Below, piece after piece: positions 11,572 to 22,324 of a stretch of DNA of 64,000 bases; position 1 is the first letter of the stretch; every line of letters starts with the position of its first letter. The stretch is from the NCBI RefSeq assembly GCF_053078305.1, contig NZ_CP166879.1; one strand, 5' to 3'. The position numbers and the translations under genes are program-made. The notes beneath the pieces were generated by a model. The model had not been told where the DNA came from, searched no databases, and was given only the letters and a program-made list of their open reading frames with translations.

Positions 11572-14180
11572 CGCCCGCTCCCTGATAACATACCGCCATC
11601 ACGCAACTGCAGCCGGAGTTCATCCTGCGCCCCCTTACGGGCCATGTCATACACCGCCTTCATCAGCTGCGGCCCCGCCTGTCCGTTGATACCGTCGTTC
11701 TGAATCACCACGTGATTGTTCTGATTAAAATTAATACCTTCCGCCCGCCGCATCTGCGCCGGACTTCCGGCACCACCCACATACCCCCCTTCCGCATAGC
11801 CGCGCATCAGACGGTAAAGATTCCCCACGCCAATCCGGCTGGTTGCCTCCTTCGTGAAGACAAACTCCCCGCGGTGAACTATCCCCGCAGGCTCATATTT
11901 GCCGCCCGTCCCCGTAAATCCTCCGGTCGCGAAATGGGAGTTCGCCGCCGCAGCCTGAATGGCCGTCCCCGTGGAAGCGGATGCGCCACCACCGAAAGCA
12001 CCACCAATGGCGCTGCCGATACTCCCGACAATCCCCACCATCGCCTGCTTCAGAAAAATCTCTGTCAGCATGGAGAGCACGGAACGGGTGAATCCCCGCC
12101 AGTTCTGTTCGCTGCCGGTCAGCATCGCTGCCATATTCTGTGCAATACCGTCAAAGGTCTGCGTGGCCGCGCTTTTCACCTGCGAAAAACTGTCCGTCGC
12201 ACTTTCCGCCCACTCGCCCCAGCCGGACTTCATCCCGGCCATCCAGCTTCCACGAAGCTGCTCCTCTGCAGACCAGGTGTTCTTCAGTGCAGATGTGGCC
12301 TTCGCCAGCGCAGCCGGATTATCACCGTACACGTCACGAAGGCGCTGCTCTTCCGACTCCCGCTGCGCCTGACGGTCGGTGAGGCCGCGGGCTTTTGCGC
12401 TGATGGCGGCCTGCTTCGCGCTCTGCTGCTGTTCAAACCGCGCCGCCTGCTGTGCCAGCTCATTCAGCCGTTTCTGGTGTTCAACCTTGTCGCCCAGGTC
12501 AGCCAGCTGGCGTTTGTACTCCAGCGTCTCTTTCTCATGGGCCAGCAGGGATTTTTCCTGCCCGGATAACTGTCGTTTCGTGGCGGCCTCTTTCAGGACC
12601 GCATACTGACTTTCCGCCTTCCATAAATCACGGCGCTGCCGGCTGATTCTCTCATTCGCACCGCTGTGTTTTTCCAGCGTCCTGAGCTCAGCTTCAAGGG
12701 CAAGCAGAGCCTCTCTTGCCTGCTCCTCTTCCCTCTCCCCGGCAGAGCGCGTTTTCGGTGATGTATGCTTTTTACCTGTCAGCTCTTCAGCCAGACGGCT
12801 GACGGCTTCCTGCTGCCCCGGACCTTTGCTGACGCCTGTTGCACGCGAACGGTTGATGTACCCCATTTCCCCCTGGCGTATACGCGCATCCCGTTCCGCA
12901 ATGGATTTTCTCAGCGCCAGTTCATCGCGTTTTGTCTTCTCAATAAATACGCGGTTCTCTTCTGCCAGTTCACCAAACAACGCACCAACGCCGGGCACAT
13001 TCTTTGTCGTTTCCCAGGCTGACTGAATAAATTCAGCCAGCGCCAGATCCCCCTGCACAAGCAGCAGCTTCACCTGTTCAACGGTTCCTGCCACCACGTC
13101 AGTGATCAGACTGAGTGCCCCCAGTGTATGATCACCTATCCATGCCCATGCGTCAGAAGTCCAGGTTTTAACATCGTCCCAGATTTTTTCCACCGGCGTG
13201 GCCGCTTTATCAAGTTGCTCCAGACGTGCATTCATGACATCCGCAAACAGGGACATCGCCTCCGTTACCGCAGCCTGTTTACCTTTCGTGCGCTCAAGCT
13301 CATCAATATGGCGTAACTGGGAAACGCTCAGGAAGTTATACTGCTGATTCAGGGAGGCCAGCGCCTTCACCGGATCAGCTGCAATCCCTTCAAAGGCTTT
13401 TTCCACCTTCCCGGCATCGTCCCCCACCGTCTGCAGCCATCTCTGAGAGGTTTCCCCCATGATCCGTAGCTGCCCGGCGGTATATTTCCCGCTTTCTGCC
13501 AGACGGGCCAGATTTTCTGCCGCCTGTCTGATACCACCACCGGCTTCATCGCTGATCACCCCGGCCATTTTCCACAATTCTGCCGTTGTGGTGGCAGCCG
13601 CCCCTCCGGTCAGGGTCAGTGAACGCAACAAGGCCCGGTCAGCCTGCTCTGCCTGCCAGGCAGCGGCAGCAAGCGCGGCCAGTACGGCAACCCCGCCACC
13701 TGCCGCCACACGGGCCACCGACATAAATCGTCCCAGTTCACCGGCATTCCGGGCATTTTCAGCCAGTGCATTTGCCGTATCTGACAGCGAATCCTCTGAT
13801 GATTCAGAGGCATCCCTGATCCCGAGAAGTTCCTCCTTCAGCAGGGTAAGCAGGCTGAGCGGTCCACCGAATGAATCGCTGATCTGCCCCCCCTGCTGCA
13901 GCATGATAAGGAAGGGATTCTGACCACCGGCAAGCTGAGTGACAATATCCGTGAACTGTGCGGGCAGTGTGCGCATGGCAGCCTTATACTGTCCGACTGA
14001 TATCCCGGCTTTTTGTGCAGCCAGCGCCTGTCGGCTCAGCCCCTGTTCAACAGTACTGGCGGTTTTTCTGGCATCCGCCTCCAGACTGGAAAAATGGCGG
14101 CGTACCCGGGCCATCTGTTCATCAAACCGGGCCGCATCCAGACTCAAATCAATAACAAGATCACCCGCTGGCTGGGACAT
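11568..14180 (-). CDS. H: Tail tape measure protein H
   Basis: 870 aa, coiled-coil rich, Gly-rich C-terminal region; position between GT and M. Confidence 0.85.
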   Translation of the reverse strand: MSQPAGDLVIDLSLDAARFDEQMARVRRHFSSLEADARKTASTVEQGLSRQALAAQKAGISVGQYKAAMRTLPAQFTDIVTQLAGGQNPFLIMLQQGGQISDSFGGPLSLLTLLKEELLGIRDASESSEDSLSDTANALAENARNAGELGRFMSVARVAAGGGVAVLAALAAAAWQAEQADRALLRSLTLTGGAAATTTAELWKMAGVISDEAGGGIRQAAENLARLAESGKYTAGQLRIMGETSQRWLQTVGDDAGKVEKAFEGIAADPVKALASLNQQYNFLSVSQLRHIDELERTKGKQAAVTEAMSLFADVMNARLEQLDKAATPVEKIWDDVKTWTSDAWAWIGDHTLGALSLITDVVAGTVEQVKLLLVQGDLALAEFIQSAWETTKNVPGVGALFGELAEENRVFIEKTKRDELALRKSIAERDARIRQGEMGYINRSRATGVSKGPGQQEAVSRLAEELTGKKHTSPKTRSAGEREEEQAREALLALEAELRTLEKHSGANERISRQRRDLWKAESQYAVLKEAATKRQLSGQEKSLLAHEKETLEYKRQLADLGDKVEHQKRLNELAQQAARFEQQQSAKQAAISAKARGLTDRQAQRESEEQRLRDVYGDNPAALAKATSALKNTWSAEEQLRGSWMAGMKSGWGEWAESATDSFSQVKSAATQTFDGIAQNMAAMLTGSEQNWRGFTRSVLSMLTEIFLKQAMVGIVGSIGSAIGGAFGGGASASTGTAIQAAAANSHFATGGFTGTGGKYEPAGIVHRGEFVFTKEATSRIGVGNLYRLMRGYAEGGYVGGAGSPAQMRRAEGINFNQNNHVVIQNDGINGQAGPQLMKAVYDMARKGAQDELRLQLRDGGMLSGSGR

Positions 14181-15023
14181 ATCTCACACCTCCGGAAATC
14201 CCCGCTGAAGCCATCATTAATGCAACATCATCTTCGCTGACATCCACCACATCCGCAGAAGGTGAAATATCGCCCCCACCCACCCCACAGAACCGGACGC
14301 CTCCGGCAACTCCTGCCGCTTTCTGCATCAGCATGTCTTCCTCGTCCGGCATCTCCGTCTGCTCTTCCTCACACGCTGGCGCAAGCAGACTGAAATCCGC
14401 CGGATGCATATCCGGATCGCCAAAAAACAGGCTGAGTACGGCGTACATCAGCCCGGAAAAATGAGCGTCCAGTTGGGTATCCTGAAAATAATGCGTGCAG
14501 TAAAAACGTCGCCAGTCGGCATATTCGGTGGATGTCATCCCGGCAAGCATGGCGCGCCAGTCGGGTCTCCCCATCTCTCGCGCCAGTTTCAGGACAAAGT
14601 TCAGCTCGCCTTCGAATGCTTTTTTGATGTTACCGGCTCAGTCGCTTCTGCTTTCCCGGTTTGTTCAGGATCGGCATCGTGCCGGTTATCCAGCATACCT
14701 GAAAGATAAAGCACCCGGTTCGTTGCCTGATTCAGTGCATCAGCAGGCCATCCCAGCATCACTTCACGGCGGATCTGCTGCATCTCTGTCTCCGGAGAGG
14801 CCAGAGTGCCTTTGAGGGAATGGGAATGCCATAGCGACATCGCCACAAGCAGGGATGCCGTTTCCAGATATCGCTGGTTAATGTGCACGACATCATGCTT
14901 CGTTGTCCCCTGTTGTTCTGCGTCTGAAACAAACTTCATATAATCAAACCGCTGCAGCGCGGACAGCTCCGACAGCGTGACGGACACACCGTTATATTCA
15001 AATTGTTCTGTTTTCAGGAACAT
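14161..15023 (-). CDS. GT: G-T fusion tail assembly chaperone made by programmed -1 frameshift near 14619-14625
   Basis: Slippery heptamer A_AAA_AAG near G 3' end; -1 frame continues AFEGELNFVLKLAREMGRPDW... into ORF 14161-14574. Confidence 0.75.
14601..15023 (-). CDS. G: Tail assembly chaperone G; start trimmed to ATG at 15023
   Basis: MFLKTEQFEYNGVSVTLSELSALQRF... matches lambda G; 140 aa. Confidence 0.85.
   Translation of the reverse strand: MFLKTEQFEYNGVSVTLSELSALQRFDYMKFVSDAEQQGTTKHDVVHINQRYLETASLLVAMSLWHSHSLKGTLASPETEMQQIRREVMLGWPADALNQATNRVLYLSGMLDNRHDADPEQTGKAEATEPVTSKKHSKAS
14619..14625 (-). promoter_or_regulatory. Programmed -1 ribosomal frameshift slippery site
   Basis: + strand ctttttt = minus-strand A AAA AAG, 5 codons before G stop. 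Confidence 0.75.
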
Positions 15024-15039
15024 GCTTGATCTCCTCCCC

Positions 15040-15789
15040 TCAGCCCGCAGCGCCATCCGTGACGGTGATCTCCGCCACCGCCGCAAACTCACCGTTGCCG
15101 GTGACAACAGGGATCTGCGCTTTACCTGCCGCAACACCTTTCACGGTGATCGTGTTCCCTTTCACGGTAATGGTGGCGAAATTCTGATTTGCCGACGTTG
15201 CGCGGAATGTTTTATCCGTTGCGCCTTCCGGCTGAACGGCCACAGTCAGGGTGGTGCTCTGACCTTTTGCCACATTCCCCGTTAGTGGCGTCACGGTAAT
15301 ACCGGTGACCGGTGTGATTTCTCCCCGATCCTCCGCCAGCGACGGACGACCAATATTGGTGATTTTTACCGTACGGGTAATCACTTCTTTGGCAGTCACC
15401 GCTTTACCAATGGCGCTGACCCAGCCACGAAACACATCCACCGTGCCATTCGGAAAACGGATTTTATAGGCCCGGACATCGCCGCTTTCAAACCAGCCTA
15501 TAAGCCCTTTCTGGCCTTCCTCTCCCGGCTTCCAGGCCAGCGTAAAACTGGTATCACCGGCAGATTTCTGCCCCTGCCCGGTGGATACCCAGTCAGCATC
15601 CTCATCATCCAGATAGTTATCATCGTAGGATTCCGCCGTCATCTCGCCGGGGGTCAGATCCTTCACCTTCGCCAGTCGCTGCCAGTCATCGTCTGACAAC
15701 GGGTTTGCATAAGCATCAGCCTTGCCGTTGTAAACCCACAGTGTGGTACCGGAACCTTTCACCGGCTCAAGAGGATTTGGTGTTGCCAT
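15040..15789 (-). CDS. V: Major tail protein V
   Basis: [33 protein letters not shown]... matches lambda V incl. C-terminal Ig-like region. Confidence 0.9.
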   Translation of the reverse strand: MATPNPLEPVKGSGTTLWVYNGKADAYANPLSDDDWQRLAKVKDLTPGEMTAESYDDNYLDDEDADWVSTGQGQKSAGDTSFTLAWKPGEEGQKGLIGWFESGDVRAYKIRFPNGTVDVFRGWVSAIGKAVTAKEVITRTVKITNIGRPSLAEDRGEITPVTGITVTPLTGNVAKGQSTTLTVAVQPEGATDKTFRATSANQNFATITVKGNTITVKGVAAGKAQIPVVTGNGEFAAVAEITVTDGAAG

Positions 15790-15796
15790 ATCGTCC

Positions 15797-16192
15797 TCAC
15801 ATCTCGTATGTAATGGAATAAGTCAGATCCGCAGAGCTCCATAACGCCATATCGTCATCACGACGATACTCATAGCCCTGCGTAACCATCGTGGTAATCA
15901 TGCCTGCCAGTGCAGGGATCTCCGCCATCGCCGGGTAAATCCGGCTTTCCATCCACTGATCAAGCTCTGAATCCGGTACCTGTGCCGGTAAAAACACCTC
16001 AATATGCAGTGTGGCCCGCCAGGTATCAGCATCCAGCTCTTCACCGGTATACTCTGCATCCGTCAGATAAACCGCGACCGCCGGAAAATCCGCCTCCTCA
16101 AAAACAGCGGGGCGACCATCAAACAGCGTCGCCCCGGTGTCATGCTTCTCCAGTGCATCCAGTACGGCTGCACGGATATCAGTATGTTTCAT
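15797..16192 (-). CDS. U: Tail terminator protein U
   Basis: 131 aa, position between Z and V. Confidence 0.8.
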   Translation of the reverse strand: MKHTDIRAAVLDALEKHDTGATLFDGRPAVFEEADFPAVAVYLTDAEYTGEELDADTWRATLHIEVFLPAQVPDSELDQWMESRIYPAMAEIPALAGMITTMVTQGYEYRRDDDMALWSSADLTYSITYEM

Positions 16193-16767
16193 CGTTTTAT
16201 CGCAATCCTCAGTTGTTGTTTCAGCGCGTATGCCAGTTCTTCTGGCAGGCGTTCACGCCGGATACGTTCAATATTCTGTTTAAATGCTGTGGTCAGCGGC
16301 ACCGCCATCGGGATTTTCACCACATCAATGGGGTAACGGTTTTTCCCGGCCACACGCTGCATGACATGCCACCGCCCATTTTTCAGTTGCTGAATAAACG
16401 CGCCGGGAATGCGACGGTTACCCACCACAAGCACACTGCCGCCACCTTTCAGGGATGAACGCTGCCCCTTTTTACGTCGCCTTCGTCGGGACAGAACAAC
16501 CCGCGCATTACCCAGCCTGATTACGGGCAAATCCCCCCGGTTAACTTTGATTCTGACCTGCGGATTTTTAACCGTGGCCCTTTTCAGCCTGGCTCTTTCC
16601 TTTACCAGTTTCCGGCGTACCTTTGTCTCACGGGCAACCTGTGACGCCGACTGATTTATTGCCGTTGTGGCCACACGGTTAATGGCCATTGCTGAAGCAG
16701 CAGGAATGGCGTTTTTACGAACCCGGCTCAGATTGTCAATCGCCTGATCAAGTCCTTTTATCACCAT
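16189..16767 (-). CDS. Z: Tail completion protein Z
   Basis: MVIKGLDQAIDNLSRVRKNAIPAASAMAINRV... matches lambda Z. Confidence 0.85.
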   Translation of the reverse strand: MVIKGLDQAIDNLSRVRKNAIPAASAMAINRVATTAINQSASQVARETKVRRKLVKERARLKRATVKNPQVRIKVNRGDLPVIRLGNARVVLSRRRRRKKGQRSSLKGGGSVLVVGNRRIPGAFIQQLKNGRWHVMQRVAGKNRYPIDVVKIPMAVPLTTAFKQNIERIRRERLPEELAYALKQQLRIAIKR

Positions 16768-16782
16768 AATTTCACCCTGCGT

Positions 16783-17136
16783 TTATCGTCGCCGGTTAAC
16801 TGCGGGTGGTTGCCCACGGTTGAGCCAGAGATAACAGCTGCCCCCGTCATCCGGAGAAACACGATCCACCCAGAACATCTCGCCGTTAATGGTCAGCGTG
16901 TCACCACGCCGCACAGCACGCACCGTATCCGTCCGCACAAATAATGACGGGCTGCTTCCTTCAATACGGACCCCGCCACCGGCAAAACCCAGCGACTCCG
17001 GATCGTCAAAAACCCCCTGAACTTCGCCGCCACGCTGTGCACCGGAGGTGAACTGCGCACGGATCCCCATCACTTCAACGATCGTACTGTCCACCCCGGC
17101 GAGGGCAGCATCAAAGGCATTCTGAAAATCACGCAT
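16783..17136 (-). CDS. FII: Head-tail joining protein FII
   Basis: C-terminal ...WVDRVSPDDGGSCYLWLNRGQPPAVNRRR matches lambda FII. Confidence 0.85.
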   Translation of the reverse strand: MRDFQNAFDAALAGVDSTIVEVMGIRAQFTSGAQRGGEVQGVFDDPESLGFAGGGVRIEGSSPSLFVRTDTVRAVRRGDTLTINGEMFWVDRVSPDDGGSCYLWLNRGQPPAVNRRR

Positions 17137-17512
17137 ATTCAGCCGTTCCGTGCTGTATCATGGCCGTTGCCAGTGATGATGGCACCAGAACACGCATACC
17201 CCGTAACGCCAGCTCAACGGGACGACCTGTCTCCGGGCAATACCCCATTACTTGCAGGCACTTCCGTACCCGGACGGCTTTAACATCATCCGGAGAATCC
17301 GTGTTGTTCAACTGCTCACCATCGTCTGTGTCATTTTGATCAGACCCGCTCTCATCAGAGTGCATAATGCCCTCCCGGGAAGCTGCAAGCTCCTCTTCCC
17401 ACTCAGACACACGCAGAGCAATATCCGCAGCACTCCCCGACATATCCACCTCGCGCCCCAGCAGACCAGCCAGTTGACGAAGACGATTCAGGTTTTCTTC
17501 TTTTGTTGCCAT
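17129..17512 (-). CDS. FI: DNA packaging protein FI-like; start trimmed to ATG at 17512
   Basis: MATKEENLNRLRQLAGLLGREVDMSGS...; position between E and FII; acidic middle. Confidence 0.7.
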   Translation of the reverse strand: MATKEENLNRLRQLAGLLGREVDMSGSAADIALRVSEWEEELAASREGIMHSDESGSDQNDTDDGEQLNNTDSPDDVKAVRVRKCLQVMGYCPETGRPVELALRGMRVLVPSSLATAMIQHGTAEYA

Positions 17513-17563
17513 CTCAGCCCCCTGTGAAAAAAGACACGGGGGCATTTCGCCCCCGCTCCCGGA

Positions 17564-18592
17564 TTATTTCACCTGTACCACCACAAACTCATCCGGATCC
17601 GGCAGCACCATCAGCGGCGCGGACTGCGTCATGGTGAATTCACGGGCCGGATCGCCCACGGTCATCCAGTGTTTCGGATAACGGGAAGAGGCCACCACAC
17701 CTTCGGACAACGCCTGCGCATCCTGAATGGCACCATAGCAACGGATGCCCTCCGCTGACGTATTTCCCAGGACCAGCGTGCCCTCCGGCAGATAACGTTT
17801 TTCGGTACCGTCCTCTGCCACATAAGACGTTTTCGCCACCACAATGGCCAGATCGCCGTAATACCCCTTGAAGGACACCACTGCGCCCAGATCTTTCACT
17901 GCCGTTTCGAGTTGTGAATTTGAGCCGCGACGGGTATCCAGTTTTTCGCGGAACAGCTTAAAGCCATTCAGCAGACGCCAGACCGTACCGTCCATAATGG
18001 CGATATTCACAAGACCGCTGGCCTGATCGCAGTAGAGGTCAATATCATGCGTCGGATCAAACGTATCACGGTCCTGCTCAGACCATTTTTTACCGTCAGC
18101 CTGCTCAATGTTATTTCCTTCAGAGCGCCCGAAATCCACCTCGACAGTATCAAACTGCTCCCCTTCCATGGTGTATTTGCCATACAGCACGGCATTCACC
18201 GCCTGCATTTCCTCCACCTGGACAATGGCATGCTCTTCCTGTTTGAGGTTATCAGTGATGATACGCAGACGACGGTAGGCCGGGTCGTTCAGTTGCGCCG
18301 GATCTTCACCGGGAAGGCGCTCCACCGCCTGCTGGTAATTAAATTCGTGTTTCGGCTTGACGTAGCCCGGACGCAACACGCGGGTTTCACCACCACGATG
18401 ACGCAGCACTTTTCCTTCAACAACCGGGGAGACATAGGCTGCCACCGGCGTTTTTCCGGTAATTTTGTCCAGCATCACCTCTTCGGTGTGGAAATTCACC
18501 GTACGGCGGAAAAACAGTTCCAGAAACAGCGCACGAAATTTCACTTTTTGTTCGGTATAACCGAGTAACTGGCGGGTCGTAAACAATCCCAT
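17564..18592 (-). CDS. E: Major capsid protein E
   Basis: ...GYVKPKHE...AYRRLRII...KLDTRRGSNS...DPAREFTM... collinear with lambda E. Confidence 0.9.
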   Translation of the reverse strand: MGLFTTRQLLGYTEQKVKFRALFLELFFRRTVNFHTEEVMLDKITGKTPVAAYVSPVVEGKVLRHRGGETRVLRPGYVKPKHEFNYQQAVERLPGEDPAQLNDPAYRRLRIITDNLKQEEHAIVQVEEMQAVNAVLYGKYTMEGEQFDTVEVDFGRSEGNNIEQADGKKWSEQDRDTFDPTHDIDLYCDQASGLVNIAIMDGTVWRLLNGFKLFREKLDTRRGSNSQLETAVKDLGAVVSFKGYYGDLAIVVAKTSYVAEDGTEKRYLPEGTLVLGNTSAEGIRCYGAIQDAQALSEGVVASSRYPKHWMTVGDPAREFTMTQSAPLMVLPDPDEFVVVQVK

Positions 18593-18649
18593 AAATCAGT
18601 TCCTTTCATTCAGAAATCAGTCAGGCCAACGCGGTGGCCTGATAACGTG

Positions 18650-18997
18650 TTACGGCAGCGCCGCGTGACTCAGGGCTGTGCCGACAAAGGCGTTGGCCTT
18701 TTTGTGTTCATCCACACTTTCAGGCCAGCGGATTGCCTCCGTCGCAAAGGTCCCCGACTTGTAATACGTCAGCACCGTCTCTGTGCCTTCAAGCGGCAGT
18801 ACCAGTATGCCAGCCGCACTACCGGCTTTCTGTCCGTCCCAGACCACCAGTTTCCCGCTGGCTTCATCCAGCATCAGGGGCGTCAGTGCCGGTGTTGCCT
18901 GAGAAATCCCGCTGCTGCCTGTGGCGGTATGAGCCGGATCATTACCGGCAAAAATACGTACTTCTGCACGTTGTTCAGTGATGGTTTTCGTTACCAT
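18650..18997 (-). CDS. D: Head decoration protein D
   Basis: ...NDPAHTAT...TPLMLD...YKSGTF... matches lambda D. Confidence 0.85.
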   Translation of the reverse strand: MVTKTITEQRAEVRIFAGNDPAHTATGSSGISQATPALTPLMLDEASGKLVVWDGQKAGSAAGILVLPLEGTETVLTYYKSGTFATEAIRWPESVDEHKKANAFVGTALSHAALP

Positions 18998-19033
18998 ATT
19001 GTAAAAACCTCATATTGATGGTCAGCACTGACT

Positions 19034-20539
19034 TCATGGCATGGCCATGAGCATTTTCACGTCCGCATCACCGTCTGCCGACGTCTGTGACACGCCACCC
19101 TGCACGGCTGCCGGTGAATGGTTCGCCATGATGCGTTCAAACATGGCGGTTGTGGATGCAGAAACCGGTTCTGCTTTATCCGGCGATGAGGACAGAATGT
19201 CGCGGGCAGCCTCCACCGTCATTCCGGGAAACGCCGCCAGTTTTTCAGCCTGCGCCTCAGCCCCTTTTGCCTCATCCAGAGCCATAATCTGATCACGGAG
19301 TGAGGGTCCGGCATCCGCCTGCGGTGAAGCCGCCAGGATCGGGCGGGCTTTTTCCACCGTCATATCCGGCATCGCCGCCAGCGTTGCCGCCAGTTGTTCA
19401 CGACCTTTAGCTTCTTCACACGCCATAATGCGATCGGCTTCACTCTGCGCGGATGCCACCGGCTGCTGCGGTGCTGCCGCGGCCAGAATCGCCCGGGCCT
19501 GTTCAACGCTCATGCCCTGTTGTCCTGCCAGCATCGTGGCAAGCTGTTCACGTCCTTTCGCTTCCTGACACGTCAGGATCCCCATCACTCGCTGGTTCTC
19601 CTGCGCGGCGGCTTCCGTTGCAGTTAATTGCGGCATAGTGCCTCCTGTATCATGTGTGTTCAGCGCCGCAGCCATCACGCTGATGGCATCCGACGCATTG
19701 ATTAATTCATCCGCCAGCCCGGCCTCAATACCGGACTGACCTTCAAAAACGGCAGCCTCTGTCCCCGTGACAGCTTCCACAGACAGCCCCGTATACATCG
19801 CCACTTTTTCGGCAAACATCCGGTGCGCCGCATCAATCCGCTGCTGCATGTCCTGGCGAACCTCTGACGGCAACGCTTCAAACTGATTGCCATCCACCTT
19901 ATGCGCCCCGGCATAAATCAGCGTGATATCCACTCCGGCCTGCGCCAGATGACCGGCATAGCTGACATGGCCCATCATCACGCCAATGGAGCCGATACGG
20001 GATGTCTGGGTAACCAGCCGTCGGGAGCAGGCCGACGCCAGCAGCATGGCCGCAGAACAGGCCGTGTCATTACACAGTGCCCAGACCGGCTTCTGCTGCC
20101 GGAGGCGGTAAATCATGTCAGCGCAGTCAAACGCACCGGCGGCCTGCCCGCCCGGACTGTCAATATCCAGCAGTACGCCCCGGACAGAGGTGTCCGCCAT
20201 TGCCTGCTGAAGACAGGCAACAATGCCGTCATAGCCTGTCATTCCGGAAAATGGCCGCATACCACCCAGCCGGTGCACCAGCGTGCCGGTCACCGGCAGT
20301 ACCGCAATACCGTTCACCACCCGGTAAACACGGGCCGGTCGTTTACCTCCGGCCATGTACTCGTCCGTTTCAGCCAGCATCCCGGGAGCATCAAGCTGTA
20401 CCTGCTGTTGTGGTAACGAAAGACTTGCTGCCCCCATCTCGCGCCCCAGCGCGCAAAAGAAAACCCGCGCATAGGCGGGCTCCAGAAGCAGCGGTTCATT
20501 GAATGCTGCGGCAATAATGTGTGAAAGATTACGTCTCAC
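19034..20539 (-). CDS. C: Head maturation protease / scaffold (C, Nu3-like C-terminus) with three tandem ~40-aa repeats
   Basis: 501 aa; position between portal and D; repeated (Q/E)EAKGREQLA...M(S/T)VE(Q/K)AR(A/P)ILAA units. Confidence 0.8.
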   Translation of the reverse strand: MRRNLSHIIAAAFNEPLLLEPAYARVFFCALGREMGAASLSLPQQQVQLDAPGMLAETDEYMAGGKRPARVYRVVNGIAVLPVTGTLVHRLGGMRPFSGMTGYDGIVACLQQAMADTSVRGVLLDIDSPGGQAAGAFDCADMIYRLRQQKPVWALCNDTACSAAMLLASACSRRLVTQTSRIGSIGVMMGHVSYAGHLAQAGVDITLIYAGAHKVDGNQFEALPSEVRQDMQQRIDAAHRMFAEKVAMYTGLSVEAVTGTEAAVFEGQSGIEAGLADELINASDAISVMAAALNTHDTGGTMPQLTATEAAAQENQRVMGILTCQEAKGREQLATMLAGQQGMSVEQARAILAAAAPQQPVASAQSEADRIMACEEAKGREQLAATLAAMPDMTVEKARPILAASPQADAGPSLRDQIMALDEAKGAEAQAEKLAAFPGMTVEAARDILSSSPDKAEPVSASTTAMFERIMANHSPAAVQGGVSQTSADGDADVKMLMAMP

Positions 20540-22121
20540 GTGGTGTTGTCTCCTCTTCCGGCCTGCGGCTCTCCGCTATCTGCTGCTGATACGCCTGCGC
20601 TATCCACACCGGACGTGAGAGTCCGGCTTTTTCCCGCTCTGCGGATTCCCTGACCTGCTGGCGGAAAATGTCCTGATAATCCTCACCCATCAGCGCCAGC
20701 TCTTTCTCATACGTGCTCAGTCCGGAATCAATACGCATCACCGATTCCTGGACCTCCTTGAGCCCGTCAATGGCCATTCTTCCGGCACCAATCCACTCTG
20801 CCCGTGACCAGGCTGATCGCGCCTGATAAAAATCAAAACGTGCCCGTGGCGGACGGATAATCCCCCGAAGAAGTGCCTCTTCCAGCCAGCAGGAAAACAT
20901 CTGCGTGGCCAGCCGGGCCGCAATAAATTTTCGTCGTCCCATAAAATAGCGCCACGACTCATTGGCAGAGGCGCGGGCACTTGAATAACTGACCTTCGAG
21001 TAATCACGGGACAACTGTTCGTAGGAAACGCCAAGACCGGCGGCGATATACCGCAGCAGCGCCTGTTCAAGCGCCGAAAATCCATTGTCTGAATCCTGCG
21101 CGGTCTGCAGTTTCAGATCATCACCGGGGAAAAGGTGCGGAATTTTGACACCACCCAGCGTCACGTGATTCGTGTCATACCAGCTGGAGAACTTCTCCAG
21201 AATATTAATGAGCGGATTATCCTGCTGACCCTGTGGTGCCCCCGCGATATATTCAAAGGCCTTTTCGGTATCAAGTTCACTTTCAATCGTCGCTGCATAC
21301 ATCGCCTTCACTATGGCCGACTGAAGCTGTGTTGCCTGCAGGGAATCGAGCATCTTCAGCCGTTCCATGACGCTGTAAAACTGATTGGCCCCACGGGTCT
21401 GCCCGTCCTCCACCGGCTCGAAAATATGCAGCATGGCCGGACGCCCGGTGGGAAGTTCACGCGGGATCCGTTCCCATCGTCCACTTCCGGAGAACGGAAA
21501 ATCATCCTCACAGATATGGTACGCAACGGCACGGCCATATCGATCGACCTCCACACCGGCACGCAGAAAACGGTTCCCCATACCGTGTCCTGGCGTGTCC
21601 ACCCGTTTCGGACTCACGGCTTTAAAACGCGTGCGGAATAACTGCGTGGTTTCCGTATCCCAGACCGGCTGCACAAAGATTTCGCCGTTAAAGGCATGAA
21701 CGCCCACACCTTCACGGATAAATTCCGTGAACGTGCGTTTCCCTTCCACGTCGATCTCGCCAAACATCCCTTCTGCGTATTCCGACCAGGCCGCCTCCAC
21801 CTCATCGACAAAACTTTTTGCCGCAGTCTCCCGCATCCCCAGCCAGCGCCAGTTCGGACGGTAGCTGATAAGAAACATATGCCCGACAATATGATCCTTA
21901 TGCAGGGCCACCGCATTAGCCGCTATCCCGTTATTGCGTACCAGATCATCTGCACGGGCATTCCCCAGACGCAACGCGGGCAGCAGGGCCGCATCGGCAC
22001 TCTGCGCCGGTGGCAACCACTCCGCCATTTGCCCGCCAAATCCTGCACCGCCCCCGTGGTAGCTGAGACTCTCCCGAAGCGGAACGCCGTTCACATCAAT
22101 CAGGACAGGCGTTCGTTTCAT
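20529..22121 (-). CDS. B: Portal protein B
   Basis: 530 aa, position and conserved blocks as lambda B. Confidence 0.85.
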   Translation of the reverse strand: MKRTPVLIDVNGVPLRESLSYHGGGAGFGGQMAEWLPPAQSADAALLPALRLGNARADDLVRNNGIAANAVALHKDHIVGHMFLISYRPNWRWLGMRETAAKSFVDEVEAAWSEYAEGMFGEIDVEGKRTFTEFIREGVGVHAFNGEIFVQPVWDTETTQLFRTRFKAVSPKRVDTPGHGMGNRFLRAGVEVDRYGRAVAYHICEDDFPFSGSGRWERIPRELPTGRPAMLHIFEPVEDGQTRGANQFYSVMERLKMLDSLQATQLQSAIVKAMYAATIESELDTEKAFEYIAGAPQGQQDNPLINILEKFSSWYDTNHVTLGGVKIPHLFPGDDLKLQTAQDSDNGFSALEQALLRYIAAGLGVSYEQLSRDYSKVSYSSARASANESWRYFMGRRKFIAARLATQMFSCWLEEALLRGIIRPPRARFDFYQARSAWSRAEWIGAGRMAIDGLKEVQESVMRIDSGLSTYEKELALMGEDYQDIFRQQVRESAEREKAGLSRPVWIAQAYQQQIAESRRPEEETTPRET

Positions 22122-22324
22122 AACCTCACTCCCAGCGGACGACGGCGACGGCGGGTTGTCCCCAGTACCGACTCCGCATCATTGATCGCACGGTTAAGCT
22201 CATCCAGAGAAGCCGCCGTATATTCAATTCTGCGACCATCTTTCTGGACAGACACCACCCGTTTACCGGTTAATAAATCAAGGCGCGCCTGACGCAGCGC
22301 CTGCAGTTCAGCGACTGTAACCAT
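22118..22324 (-). CDS. W: Head-tail connector W
   Basis: 68 aa, ...LTGKRVVSVQKDGRRIEYTAASL... matches lambda W. Confidence 0.8.
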   Translation of the reverse strand: MVTVAELQALRQARLDLLTGKRVVSVQKDGRRIEYTAASLDELNRAINDAESVLGTTRRRRRPLGVRL

